DNA of 64,000 bases, taken from Octopus vulgaris (Eukaryota). The position numbers and the translations under genes were made by a program. The stretch covers positions 31,372,001 through 31,436,000 of the forward strand of contig OX597814.1 in NCBI GenBank assembly GCA_951406725.2. Reading direction: 5' to 3'. Shown in pieces: positions 52,974 through 64,000 of this stretch (position 1 is the stretch's first letter; each line of letters starts with the position of its first letter). The notes below the pieces were generated by a model. The model did no database searches. It worked only from the letters and a program-made list of their open reading frames with translations, and was not told the DNA's origin.

Positions 52974-54238
52974 CGAGGGGCGTTCAATAAGTAATGCCCC
53001 TGACCTACTTCCCATAGCAGTAGAGCAACGAAACTTGGCACAGTTATTAGACTTTTTCTACATAGGAACCACCCAGAGTTACGCATTTCTCACATCGTTT
53101 GATGCAGCTCTGAAGACCGTTTTTGTAGAAGACCCCAGCTTGGTCCTCCAACCACGACGTGACTTCAGAAATCAAGGCTGCATCATCTGGGAAACGCTTT
53201 CCTTTCAAAAACAACTTCATGGCTGGGAAGAGGTGAAAATCAGAGGGTGCAAGGTCAAGAGAGTAGGGGGGATGGGGGATGAGTTCATAGTCGCACGCCT
53301 GTGCTTCTGATCTGGCGACACACGAGTTGTGAACCGGAGCGTTTTCCTGCAAGAGGAGGATGCCTTTGCTGATCTTGCCCCGCCTCTTGATTTTGATAGT
53401 TTCTCTTAATTTCCTCAAAAGTGAAGCATAATATGCTCCTGTAATAGTGGCACCCTTTGCCAGGAAATCTGTCATCAGTATTCTGTCCTGGTCCCAGAAG
53501 ACTGTGAGCATGACCTTGCCAGCAGAGGGCTGCACCCTTGCCTTCTTTGGAGGAGGTAAGTCACGGTGCTTCCACTGCATTGACTGGGCTTTGGTCTCTG
53601 GATCATAGTGATGGACCCAGGTTTCATCCTGTGTAATCAGTCTTTTCAAAAATGTTGACTCTTCTTGTTGGCACATCTCCAAATTCATCCTCGAGCAATC
53701 GACACGTTCTTGCTTCTGGAAAGATGTGAGCAACCTGGGGATCCATCTGGCAGACACCTTTTGCATATGGAAATGGTCATGAATGATAGTTTCCATAAAC
53801 CTGGTACTAATCTTGACCTCATGGGCTATTTGGCGAATAGTTATGCGTCGATCTTCCAAAATGGCAGCCTCAACATGACGGCAAGCTGCCTTATCAATGG
53901 CAGAAGGGGGCGACCAGATCTGGGAGCTGTTTCCACAGAGTTCCGACCATGTTTGAATTCACGATGCCAGCGTTTTACAAGGTCATATGATGGGGCATCA
54001 TCACCATAAATTACTTTCATTTCATCAAAAGTCTCCCATGGTGTGCGTTCTTTCAAATACAAAAACCGGATCATTGCTCGACTCTCAACAGGCTCCATTT
54101 CACACTTGACTCAGTTCAAGCACCTGTAAATCAGAAACCACAATTAGTTCAGAGCTGTAATTTGCCACTTAATCTATAAAGATATGAATACTTTTACATG
54201 CAAGTGGGTCAGGAGCATTACTTATTGAACGCCCCTCG
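52974..54238 (-). mobile_element. Full-length mariner, 1265 bp (irritans-like)
   Basis: TIRs CGAGGGGCGTTCAATAAGTAATGC(C/T)CCTGACC with TA duplication at 52972-52973 and 54239-54240. Confidence 0.97.
53047..54098 (-). pseudogene. Mariner DD34D transposase with one frameshift
   Basis: Two overlapping ORFs (53841-54098 and 53047-53859): HTH N-terminus, RSGRP, WIPRLL, TQDETW, LLQENA (second catalytic D changed to E), YSLDLAPSDF. Confidence 0.93.
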
Positions 54239-54254
54239 TACATACATACATGCA

Positions 54255-54880
54255 TTAATGGAATGTACCTGTGAAGACAATAAAATTTAAGCACAACAGT
54301 CCCTATATAGTGATTTGAGATAGAGAAGATAAACTCTGCACAGTTGTGGAAATTAGCTGCCCAGCGGATGTTAACATAATGCTGAAGATCAGGAAAATGA
54401 GAACACCTATGCTGAACTATTGAGAAATTTGCAGTTATTCTATCCAGATTACAAGTTTAGGTTTATACCTGTAATTATTGGGGCTCTGGGATATGTAACA
54501 CACTGCCTAAATACAAACATTGAGATATTAGGCTTCACAAAACCGGAAAGGGGACAGCTAATTCGAAGACTACAGATCCAATCCATCAGTAGCACTATAA
54601 AGATCTGTAAAAGTTTCCAGAAGTTTATCATTTAATATATATATATATGAGTATTCTTTCTTTTTTTTATTTTTACTTGTTTCAGTCATTTGACTGCGGC
54701 CATGCTGGAGCACCGCCTTTAATCGAGCAACTCGACCCCGGGACTTATTCTTTTGTAAGCCCAGTACTTATTCTATCGGTCTCTTTTGCCGAACCGCTAG
54801 GTAACGGGGACATAAACACACCAGCATCCGTTGTCAAGCAATGCTAGGGGGACAAACAAAGACATACAAACACACACACG

Positions 54881-54911
<31 letters not shown>

Positions 54912-55290
54912 CGACGGGCTTCTTTCAGTTTCCGTCTACCAAATCCACTCACAAGGCTTTGGTCGGCCCGAGGCTATAGTAGAAGACACTTGCTCAAGAT
55001 GCCACGCAGTGGGACTGAACCCGGAACCATGTGGTTGGTAAACAAGCTACTTACCACACAGCCACTCCTGCGCCTATATGTCTAGATATGCATGAGAATA
55101 CATACATAAAACACACAAATCTACAAATACACACATCCATGCATACATGCATACATACATACATAAATACATACATACATACACACACATATATACATAC
55201 ATACAAAAATACGCTGTTGTTGATGCTGTTACAACGAAGGAGGCTTGGATCTAGGTTAGAAACTGGTTCTTTCTCTATTGGCAAAAATAC
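54255..55290 (+). mobile_element. 5'-truncated R4/Dong-like RLE retrotransposon, interrupted by a SINE
   Basis: TVVEISCPADVN...YAELLRNLQLFYPDYKFRFIPVIIGALG...KICKSFQKFII*; the 3' UTR continues at 55076-55290 and ends in (TACA)n. Confidence 0.8.
54665..55074 (-). mobile_element. SINE family A, near-consensus copy
   Basis: Full reverse-complement match to the 52388 copy. Confidence 0.93.
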
Positions 55291-55661
55291 ATACATTCAT
55301 ACATACATGCATATGTTCATAGATGTATGCATCGTAAATACATAGACACATATATAGCTGTTCCAGTGAATAACAAAACATTAAACAATTAGAAAAATCT
55401 TAATTCAATTCGTTTTCTTTTGTTTTTCATATTGATAGCGAACATAATAGTATATGTTTCTCTGTGTGGCTTTTACTCACTCTCACTATCTCATCTTTTC
55501 TTTCCCTCTCTCCCTATCTTTTCTTCTCAGTCTGCGGCTCCACCTGTCCGTCTGTTTCTCTCTCTCTCTCTCTCTCTCACTCTCTCTACGAATATATATA
55601 TATATGAATTATATATATGCATCCGTAAATGAAAATGCACGTGTTGTATTTGCATATGTAT

Positions 55662-55697
<36 letters not shown>

Positions 55698-55729
55698 TAG
55701 ATAGATGTATATATTTACAGACACACACA

Positions 55730-55786
<57 letters not shown>

Positions 55787-56274
55787 ATATGTATGTATGA
55801 TTATCCAAGATGAATGGATGTACGTAGCTATATATATAAATATTCAATATATGTATATATTTACACACATGTGTGAGTGTGTATGTGTATGTATGCATGT
55901 GTTTGTGTGTGTGTATGTGTGTGGCGGTGGTAGTGATGGTGGTGGTGGTAGTGATGGTGGTGGTGGTGGTGAGTGTGTGTGTTAGTAGTGTGAAGGAATG
56001 GACGGTAACTTAGTTTCAGGCGTAACGGTGTGATTTGATCGATGCCTAACACATTCTTAGTGAACTCTTGGTGAGATCTAAATCAATACTATTGGAAAAA
56101 GGGTGAATATTTTTAACTCACCTCTATAAAGAGAAACGATATTGCTTGGAGCCATTAAAACATTGTCACCGAATTAATTAGACGGTTCCTTAATTAGAAA
56201 TTTCCTCTTCAATCTATATGAGGCAGTGAATTACATAAATCTATAGAGGAAATTATACATACATACAAATATAC

Positions 56275-56354
<80 letters not shown>

Positions 56355-56450
56355 TGTGTATGCGTGTGTGTAAATATATGTGCATATATATATACATATG
56401 CATACACACGTACGTATTTATACTTGTGCGTGCGTGTATATATAAGTATG

Positions 56451-56541
<91 letters not shown>

Positions 56542-56904
56542 ATATATATATATATATGTATACGCATGTATATCTATACACACGCGCGCGTGCACACACC
56601 GATACATATACATTATCAAATAACCGTAGATAAAAAAAAAACACGAACTAAAGAATGGAAATTGGGACTGTATGTTATATTAACAATCGAGAACATTTTC
56701 ATACAAAATCTACGCATACATGCACAAGCACATATGTGTGTGTGTATGTGTGTGCGTGTGTGTGTGCATGCTTATGTATAGGCATATATACAAATGCGTA
56801 TACATTTGTATATATGCATATACAAATGTATACGCACATCCGTAGGCTTGTACATGTACTACCATGCGACTGCATATATCTATCTATCTACCTAACCGTC
56901 TATG

Positions 56905-56956
<52 letters not shown>

Positions 56957-56991
56957 TATACATATATATATATATATGTGTATATATATAT

Positions 56992-57083
<92 letters not shown>

Positions 57084-57815
57084 ATATATATATATATGTA
57101 TGTGGTTAGATTTTATTTTTTCGTTTTTGTTTTTCATTTTGAAGTTGCTATCGAAATATTCCAACCATCTTGTTAATTTCTCACTTTACATATTTATCGA
57201 TCAATTCCTGTGAAATTATTATTATTCACACATCACGTATCGAAATATTCACGCATGTACAACTTGCATACATACGTATCTTTCTCCTGCAATCGCGCTC
57301 AGTAACTCATAAAGTATGATACAGATACGAATATTTTTATGAGGAACATACCTTATTCCTCTCTATTTCTAACTCTCTATTTCCCTTGTGTCTCCCTCTC
57401 AGTATATTATTCATCGGCAACTACGATCTAAAGCATGAAAATGTTAAAAAGAAAAAAAGACTACATACGAAAGGCGAACTAGGTATTTGGTTAAAACTAG
57501 AGTACAGCATTACCGATTACATTAAATTTCTCCAACGCGTTAAGGAACCGTCAGATTACTACTGATAAAACTCTTACTAGTAATCTAATATTGTTAACCT
57601 CAACACATCTGTTACTAGGTTTCGTATGTATTTGTAGGAACTCTTATAAGCACTAGTGATCTGATCGCTTGTCTATTGTCTAAAACAACGCGCTAATGCA
57701 CTAAAATTCTTCTGTTTACCAAAATGACTCCAAATGTATATATGAGATATTTATAACCTAACCAGTTATGGTTTTATAGTATAGTATAAAATTGGATATA
57801 GTTATATGTATAAAT

Positions 57816-57872
<57 letters not shown>

Positions 57873-57904
57873 TTTGTGTGTATGTGTGTACATATATTTA
57901 TATA

Positions 57905-58895
57905 TCAGGTCATCTCATAAGTTCTGTCCGATTTTACCTTTTTTAAAATTGGAGGAAATTTAATAGTATTTTAGAATGTTTAAGGGAATTAAAATTATTT
58001 TTATACATTTGTGTACATTTACACTAATTAAATGTTATTTTACAGAATAATAGAATTAAAATTTCTTTAATTTAAATCATTTCTAACATGGAAGTATCCA
58101 AAGAGCATTTAAGGCACATAATGCTTTATGAATACAAAAAAGGAAACTCTGCAATGAAGCGACTCGAACACATACACTCAGTTTATTGGAAAGAGTGCTT
58201 GAATGAAAGAAATTGCAGAAGATGGCTTGCAAAATTCAGAAGTAGATATTTCTACCTTGAAGATGCAGATCGAACAGGAAGTCCAGTTGAGATTGATGAT
58301 AATCTCCTTGAGGCATTAATTGAAGAAAATCCTGCATTATCAGTTGAAGAATTGGCAATAAAGCTTAGTTCAAATTATACAACTGTTCATCGTAATCTTC
58401 AACAACTTAGAAAGGTTCCTAAACTTGGAAAATGGGTGTCTCATGAATTGTCCGAAACCAACCGCAAAACCCGAGTTGATATCTACTCTTCTCTCCATTC
58501 TCGCGAACTCATTTCACCTGTTTTGGATAGACTTGTGACAGGTGACGAAAAATGGATCTTCTATCGAAATGTTAAATGTCGTAAACAATGGCTTGCTAAA
58601 AGGGAAAAAACTCAACCACAACCGAGAATGGAACTTCAAGGGAAAGAGGTTCTTCTCCCTATTTGGTGGGATTGCAAAGGAGTAATTCACTTTGAATTGT
58701 TACCACTTAATGCAACATTCAATGCTCAAGTCTACTGTCACCAATTAGAGCGTTTTAACCAAGTTTTGAAGAAAAAAAGACCCGCTTTAATGAATGGAAA
58801 AGGATTGATGTTTCATCAAGACTATGCGCGACCTTACGCAGCAAAGGTCACTTAAAAGTCGGTGGAAGAATAAATGCTAATGGAGAGTGAATATG
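57905..58895 (+). mobile_element. Mariner (cecropia-like), 3'-deleted
   Basis: Left TIR-like TCAGGTCATCTCATAAGTTCTGTCCGATTTT after TA; transposase ORF; no right TIR found. Confidence 0.88.
58088..58855 (+). pseudogene. Truncated mariner transposase (255 aa)
   Basis: MEVSKEHLRHIMLYEY, WVSHEL, TGDEKW, IWWD, FHQDYARP; ends before YSPDLAPSD. Confidence 0.9.
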
Positions 58896-59758
58896 AGGAC
58901 AGTAAGGAAGTTATATGAGGTCAAGATCAAAAGTAATTGTGAGGAAGAGGGAGAGGGATAGAGGAAAGCAGAAGAGAAAAAACGAAATAAGTGAAATTTA
59001 TAAAAACCAGACATATCTGTCAGACCAAACTATATGCTTACGAGGGGGCGTTTAAAAGTTCTTGGCTTTCGGTAAAAGAAAATCGAAAGGGATTATCTCC
59101 GACTTTTCTTTAGTTCCGCAACGCCACCCTGATCTATTATATTTTTGGGACTTAGTAACTATGAAAAGTAAAGTTTACCTCACAGGGATTTGGGCTCCGA
59201 GTGCAATCGCTCGGCACAATCACTCCGTGGCATTCTAGCCAATGATCCTATGACATTGCCAAATCGCCGGCCTAGAGTGAACTCCATCTTACAGTCGTGG
59301 AAAACGAATGAACATCAGAGACCTTACCTCATGTTTCATGAACCTAACTCATTGGCCCATGACAAATCAGAACTCTGCTTGGGGTAGAGTAATACTTCTG
59401 TTGTGTAGTTACTTGTTTTGTATCCTTGAAACTGACCCTATGTCCATAATAATGTCAAAGTTCTTCACAATGTTAAGTATATGACACATATTTCTTCACC
59501 TATAATATATTTAGCGGATTTTTTTTAGCTGCATCACAATGAATGTTGAACTATAGGAACTTATTCACTTTTACTAATAAGATTTGATATTTCTATCATC
59601 TCCTGAGACAAACGGAAACCTATGACAATTTAATAAAACTAGCAATGCCTTAAAAGACAGTCGCGTATATTCATACAAACACACATCTATATACACAGAT
59701 GAACAAGGGGAGAGGGGCTAGATATGGAGAAATATGTATATGAAGATATATGTATATG

Positions 59759-60022
<264 letters not shown>

Positions 60023-60036
60023 TGTATATATATATA

Positions 60037-60230
60037 TTTGTTTACTACCCACAAGGGGCTAAACATAGAGGGGACAAACAAGGACAGACAAAGGAATTAA
60101 GTCGATTACATCGACCCCAGTGCGAAACTGGTACTTAATTTATCGACCCCGAAAGGATGAAAGGCAAAGTCGACCTCGGCGGAATTTGAACTCAGAGCGT
60201 AACGGCAGACGAAATACGGCTACGCATTTC
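60037..60230 (-). mobile_element. SINE family F variant, 5'-truncated
   Basis: Same alternative 3' end as 45257-45330 (GCTAAACATA.A.GGGACAAACAAGGACAGA). Confidence 0.85.
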
Positions 60231-60683
60231 TCCTATGTATATATATATGTACATATAGGGGGATAAACGTGAGTGATTTTCTGGTATTTCATTTCACGTC
60301 AAGACGACAAGCAGTAGCAGAAACCCGAAGCAATTAGCCAGAGATGATTGAAATAAATAAATAGATTCAATCTATTTTATGTCTTCTTATATTCAGAACA
60401 CACAATCAGGTTTGCATATAATATTTATTCCGTAAACTAAGTTACAGATAAACACGTACATACACACAAATGAAAAAGCACCCACATATGTGTACATGCA
60501 TACCTACACAGTCACGCGCGCGTGTACACACACACAAGCACATATATGTGTGTGCGCGCGTGAATATACTAGATACATACATACATATATATATAGATAT
60601 ACATATATATATGTATATATATATGTGTGTGTGTATGTACATATACATATATGTGTGTGGGTATATATATAAATTGATATCCC

Positions 60684-61034
60684 TTTTATCTTTTCAGTTT
60701 CTGATAGTTACAGCTCGAGAGCTGCGACCATGTTGGAGCCACGCCGTTAGCTTTGCTACACTCCCATGACTTAAAACCTTTCCTGATATGTGTGAATGGA
60801 GGTGGGCGATGTTGCTGACTTCATCTGCGTTTCCTGCTGCGTGGAATGTTTATGCGGGACACTTGAGAATTTTGCATTGTAAGTTACACCAACAGCAGAA
60901 CGGGGCGCCACTACATAGTGCCGAAGATCTCAACATCGCTATACAGAAACAGAAACAGATACTGCAACATCTTGGGTTTCAAGGGCCCACAGCTCTTCAA
61001 TATCCTGCCAAAATCCCTGAGAGACCTGAGGTGC
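60684..61034 (-). mobile_element. CR1-group LINE 3' end with an inverted 5' segment
   Basis: Minus strand 60870-60684: SSVP...TQQETQMKSATS plus 3' UTR and tail. Plus strand 60870-61034: SYTNSRTGRHYIVPKI...YCNILGFKGPQLFNILPKSLRDL. Confidence 0.75.
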
Positions 61035-61251
61035 GAAATATCTCTGTATTTTCCGAGAGACCTGTGGATCGTATCGTCAGCATAACTAACAAGCGTGGCT
61101 AGGTGAAGAACAGAAATAGAAACGGATGTAATACTATATATATGGAAGAATTACGTAATAGGTGCATTTCCCATTATATATTTCCCGACCCTGAAACGTG
61201 CGAATTGACTAACTTAAAAGGAGACCATTGTTTGTTTCATGTCTTGATTGC

Positions 61252-61317
<66 letters not shown>

Positions 61318-61324
61318 AATATAT

Positions 61325-61524
61325 AGAAGGCCTGTTTTAAAAGGTTAAAAAAGGTTAAAAAATATATATTTGAGTCATTATGTCTGAAGAATGTTATAAA
61401 TTTTTTTCCTACAATGACATAGTTTTTGAAGAAATGACCGGAAAAAAATTTATAACGTTCTTCAGACATAATGACTCAAATATATATTTTTTAACCTTTT
61501 TTAACCTTTTAAAACAAGCCTTCT
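61325..61524. repeat. Near-perfect fold-back inverted repeat (85-bp arms, 30-bp spacer)
   Basis: 61325-61409 versus 61440-61524, two mismatches seen; the peptide GKKFITFFRHNDSNIYFLTFFNLLKQAF appears on both strands in the ORF track. Confidence 0.95.
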
Positions 61525-61591
61525 GTAGTTTTTTCACTTTTTACTATTTTCTATATATTCAACCACGTGCTTTCACACACCGACTTTCTCA

Positions 61592-61637
<46 letters not shown>

Positions 61638-62159
61638 AGCGTACATACATACGCGCACACGTACACACACGTACACACACACATACACAAAAACATAATT
61701 ATAATATAACTGTTTCTAGTTGTGTCTTTCGCCTATTACAATCATTAAAATTTAGGAGATAAAAGTAACTATTTTACCTATTGTCTTAACGCGAAAAGAC
61801 TCTTATGAAGAGAGATCCTGTCTCGTTTGAAATTTTTGTATCTACATATTAGGTACAGAACAATGCCCTTAATACATAATGCATTAGGCATATGTTTTTG
61901 CTCAGCTGAAACTGTTGTTGTACATAGTATACTATCAATGTTTCTATATTACTCATCTGAAAGAAGCCCTTGTTAAAACATAATCTGACATAGTAAATAA
62001 AGGAAACCTAGCGTTAAGAACTATGTTCCTGATGCCAGATATTTTCTGTTCCTCGTAGCAAACAAACATGTTGCTCTTTGTGACCTATCAGTGTTTTGCT
62101 ATATGTAGACACAGGCCATCACAAATTTCTTAATGTTCTGCTATTTTACTACCTTATAA

Positions 62160-62640
62160 CTAATATGAATATCAATCACGATCGAACGGGCAAGCCTAAG
62201 CTTCGTCACACATTTTGGCGGAAATACCAGCTAAACCTCCTTCAACAACAATAAGTACAATAAGCAAAACAAGCAAAACGCCCCCCGTCCAATGGATGGT
62301 GTTGAGTTGTCAAACATTTAAACCAAATTTTCTCAAAAACAACTAGTCCTACCGTCCCATAGGCTTCCCCTTTGAGAAACACTGATTTAACCTAAATTTG
62401 AGACACCAGCAAAAGAAGAAATATACATAGACTCTTTTTCTATTTCAAAGAAAAACGATTTTATTCATTTTATCGATCGCATTCTCACCTGGACTCGATT
62501 TTTGTAGTTTTTTCAAGACTTATTTATACACGCTCTGATATCGTCAGTATCTACATATTAAACTTGAGCGCAATCGGATGGAGGATGTCCGATATCCTAG
62601 AAGACACACACAGACGGACAGAACAATTTTATATAATAGA
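62160..62640 (-). mobile_element. Non-autonomous Helitron-like element, second family
   Basis: Minus strand A|TCTATTATATAAAATTGTTCTGTCCGTCTGT start; degenerate 3' hairpin CCCGTTCGATCGTG and TTAG|T end. Confidence 0.55.
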
Positions 62641-63388
62641 TTGGACAACTCAAGAAAGATACCATCGAAATATGACAACATGAATGGGAATGTTAAAGAA
62701 TTTTAGATAAAGGAGAGGTGTGAAATGAAACAATAGAGTGTAATGACTTAGACTTACATCAATATTTCGAAATTCAGATTTAAAATACTAGTTACTGTAT
62801 GGAATGAAATAGAGATTATAAATGCTAGCAGAAAACATACCTATTACTTAATAAATGTCAGTGAGGACATAACAGCTGGCTGATGCCAAGTTCCTTGAAC
62901 TAAATCATGCCTTATGATATATGTATGAAAACGACCTTTCACAAATGACAGAAAAAGGAAGCATAGGACATTTTACTGTTGAAGATATTTATTATATCTA
63001 TTCATCTAAAAGCGCCGTCGACATGAAATTCCGTTACCTTTCATCGTTCATTCAATACATAGAAAAATTAGTTTTAGAGTTGAAAATGTCTCTGAAAATC
63101 TTTCATAGCAATAAAACATCCTCAAAAGTCTAATGTCAATTGGTTTTATAGCAAAATTGCATGAGAAAAAAAAAATGAAGTGGTCAATATATTCCATAGC
63201 AATAAGAAATGTTCGATAAATTTCATAGTAAGAAATTTATTTTATATTAGCAATTAGTTGCTCACTTTAAACTATAAGGAAAATTATTTCTCACAATCTC
63301 TGCTGTGTGAAGAATTGTCGGTCATTTATTTTAATCGTTCGAACAGAGAACTTAACTATTTTCAAGACGATATTGTTTTATATATGTA

Positions 63389-63613
63389 GAGGCGCAATGG
63401 CCTAGTGGTTAGGGCAGCGGACTCGCGGTCGCAGGATCGCGGTTTCGATTCTCAGACCGGGCGTTGTGTGTGTTTATTGAGCGAAAACACCTAAAAGCTC
63501 TACGAGGCTCCGGCAGGGGGTGGTGATCCCTGCTGTACTCTTTCACCACAATGGCGGTGCCCCAGCATGGCCACAGCTCAAGAGCTGAAACTGGAAAAAC
63601 AAAAACAAAACAA
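63389..63613 (+). mobile_element. Chimeric SINE: head D fused to the CR1-group LINE tail
   Basis: 63389-63551 nearly identical to the 5' half of 9565-9951; from 63552 TGGCGGTGCCCCAGCATGGCCACAGCTCAAGAGCTGAAACT plus (CAAAA)n; possible TSD ATA(T/C)GTA. Confidence 0.88.
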
Positions 63614-64000
63614 ATACGTACACAGAGGTTTTTAAAGACAACGGTTCAAATACACATTGGCTACTTACTCAAAGATGTCATGTATTTTTCCGCCTGTGGC
63701 CTAGCTTTCTTGTAGGCTTACTGTATCGGCAGTTCATACATTCTAGTCACTTATTCGGCAGGGGTCTAACGTTCTGATAGTTCACCTGGGATAGTTATTT
63801 GTTTTTCTGACGCGAAGAACCGCTGAATGTTTTGTAGAATCACTTGATTTTTATTTCCTGTTTTCTTCGAGCCCGGTTGTATTCATGCATATAATTCAGT
63901 GGATATATAATTAACCATTACAAGAACAGCAATTCATTCAAACAAAAACCAAGGAAATATTTTCTCAGAGAGGTTGGACACAACTGAAGACACTCGATGG

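Noticed and set aside
58088-58855. SETMAR-like domesticated transposase gene
   Set aside because: It retains a TIR, has no SET exon, and lacks the third catalytic motif; it is a decayed mariner.
59039-59085. TACGAGGGGGCGTTTAAAAGTTC as the end of another mariner or MITE
   Set aside because: It resembles a TIR, but no matching opposite end or internal homology was found.
62684-62705. miR-1-like (TGGGAATGTTAAAGAA) and miR-7-like (21329, TGGAAGACT) strings
   Set aside because: Only partial matches, with no precursor hairpin.

Overview
AT-rich animal genomic DNA dominated by microsatellites ((TA)n, (CA)n, (TACA)n, (TAA)n, (TTC)n, (GA)n) and transposable elements. From memory, not from a search, the SINE families look like those of Octopus (coleoid cephalopod). 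No host protein-coding exon, true tRNA, rRNA or CRISPR array can be supported, so the window is probably intergenic or intronic. Almost all ORFs in the track are translated microsatellites. It holds about 20 tRNA-derived SINE copies built from shuffled modules, three mariner elements (one near-intact, 1265 bp), fragments of CR1-group, RTE, R4/Dong-type and HERO-type non-LTR retrotransposons, Penelope-like remnants with hammerhead ribozyme motifs, non-autonomous Helitrons and several fold-back inverted repeats. The most interesting observations are: (1) a CR1-group LINE with a twin-priming-type 5' inversion, whose 3' tail is shared by two different SINE types in this window; (2) combinatorial head/body/tail swapping among SINEs; (3) several hammerhead-like motifs, including a cluster in the 3' UTR of a HERO-type element; (4) a TTAGGG patch replacing a conserved RT motif. 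I do not see a new gene system. All alignments and folds were done by eye.
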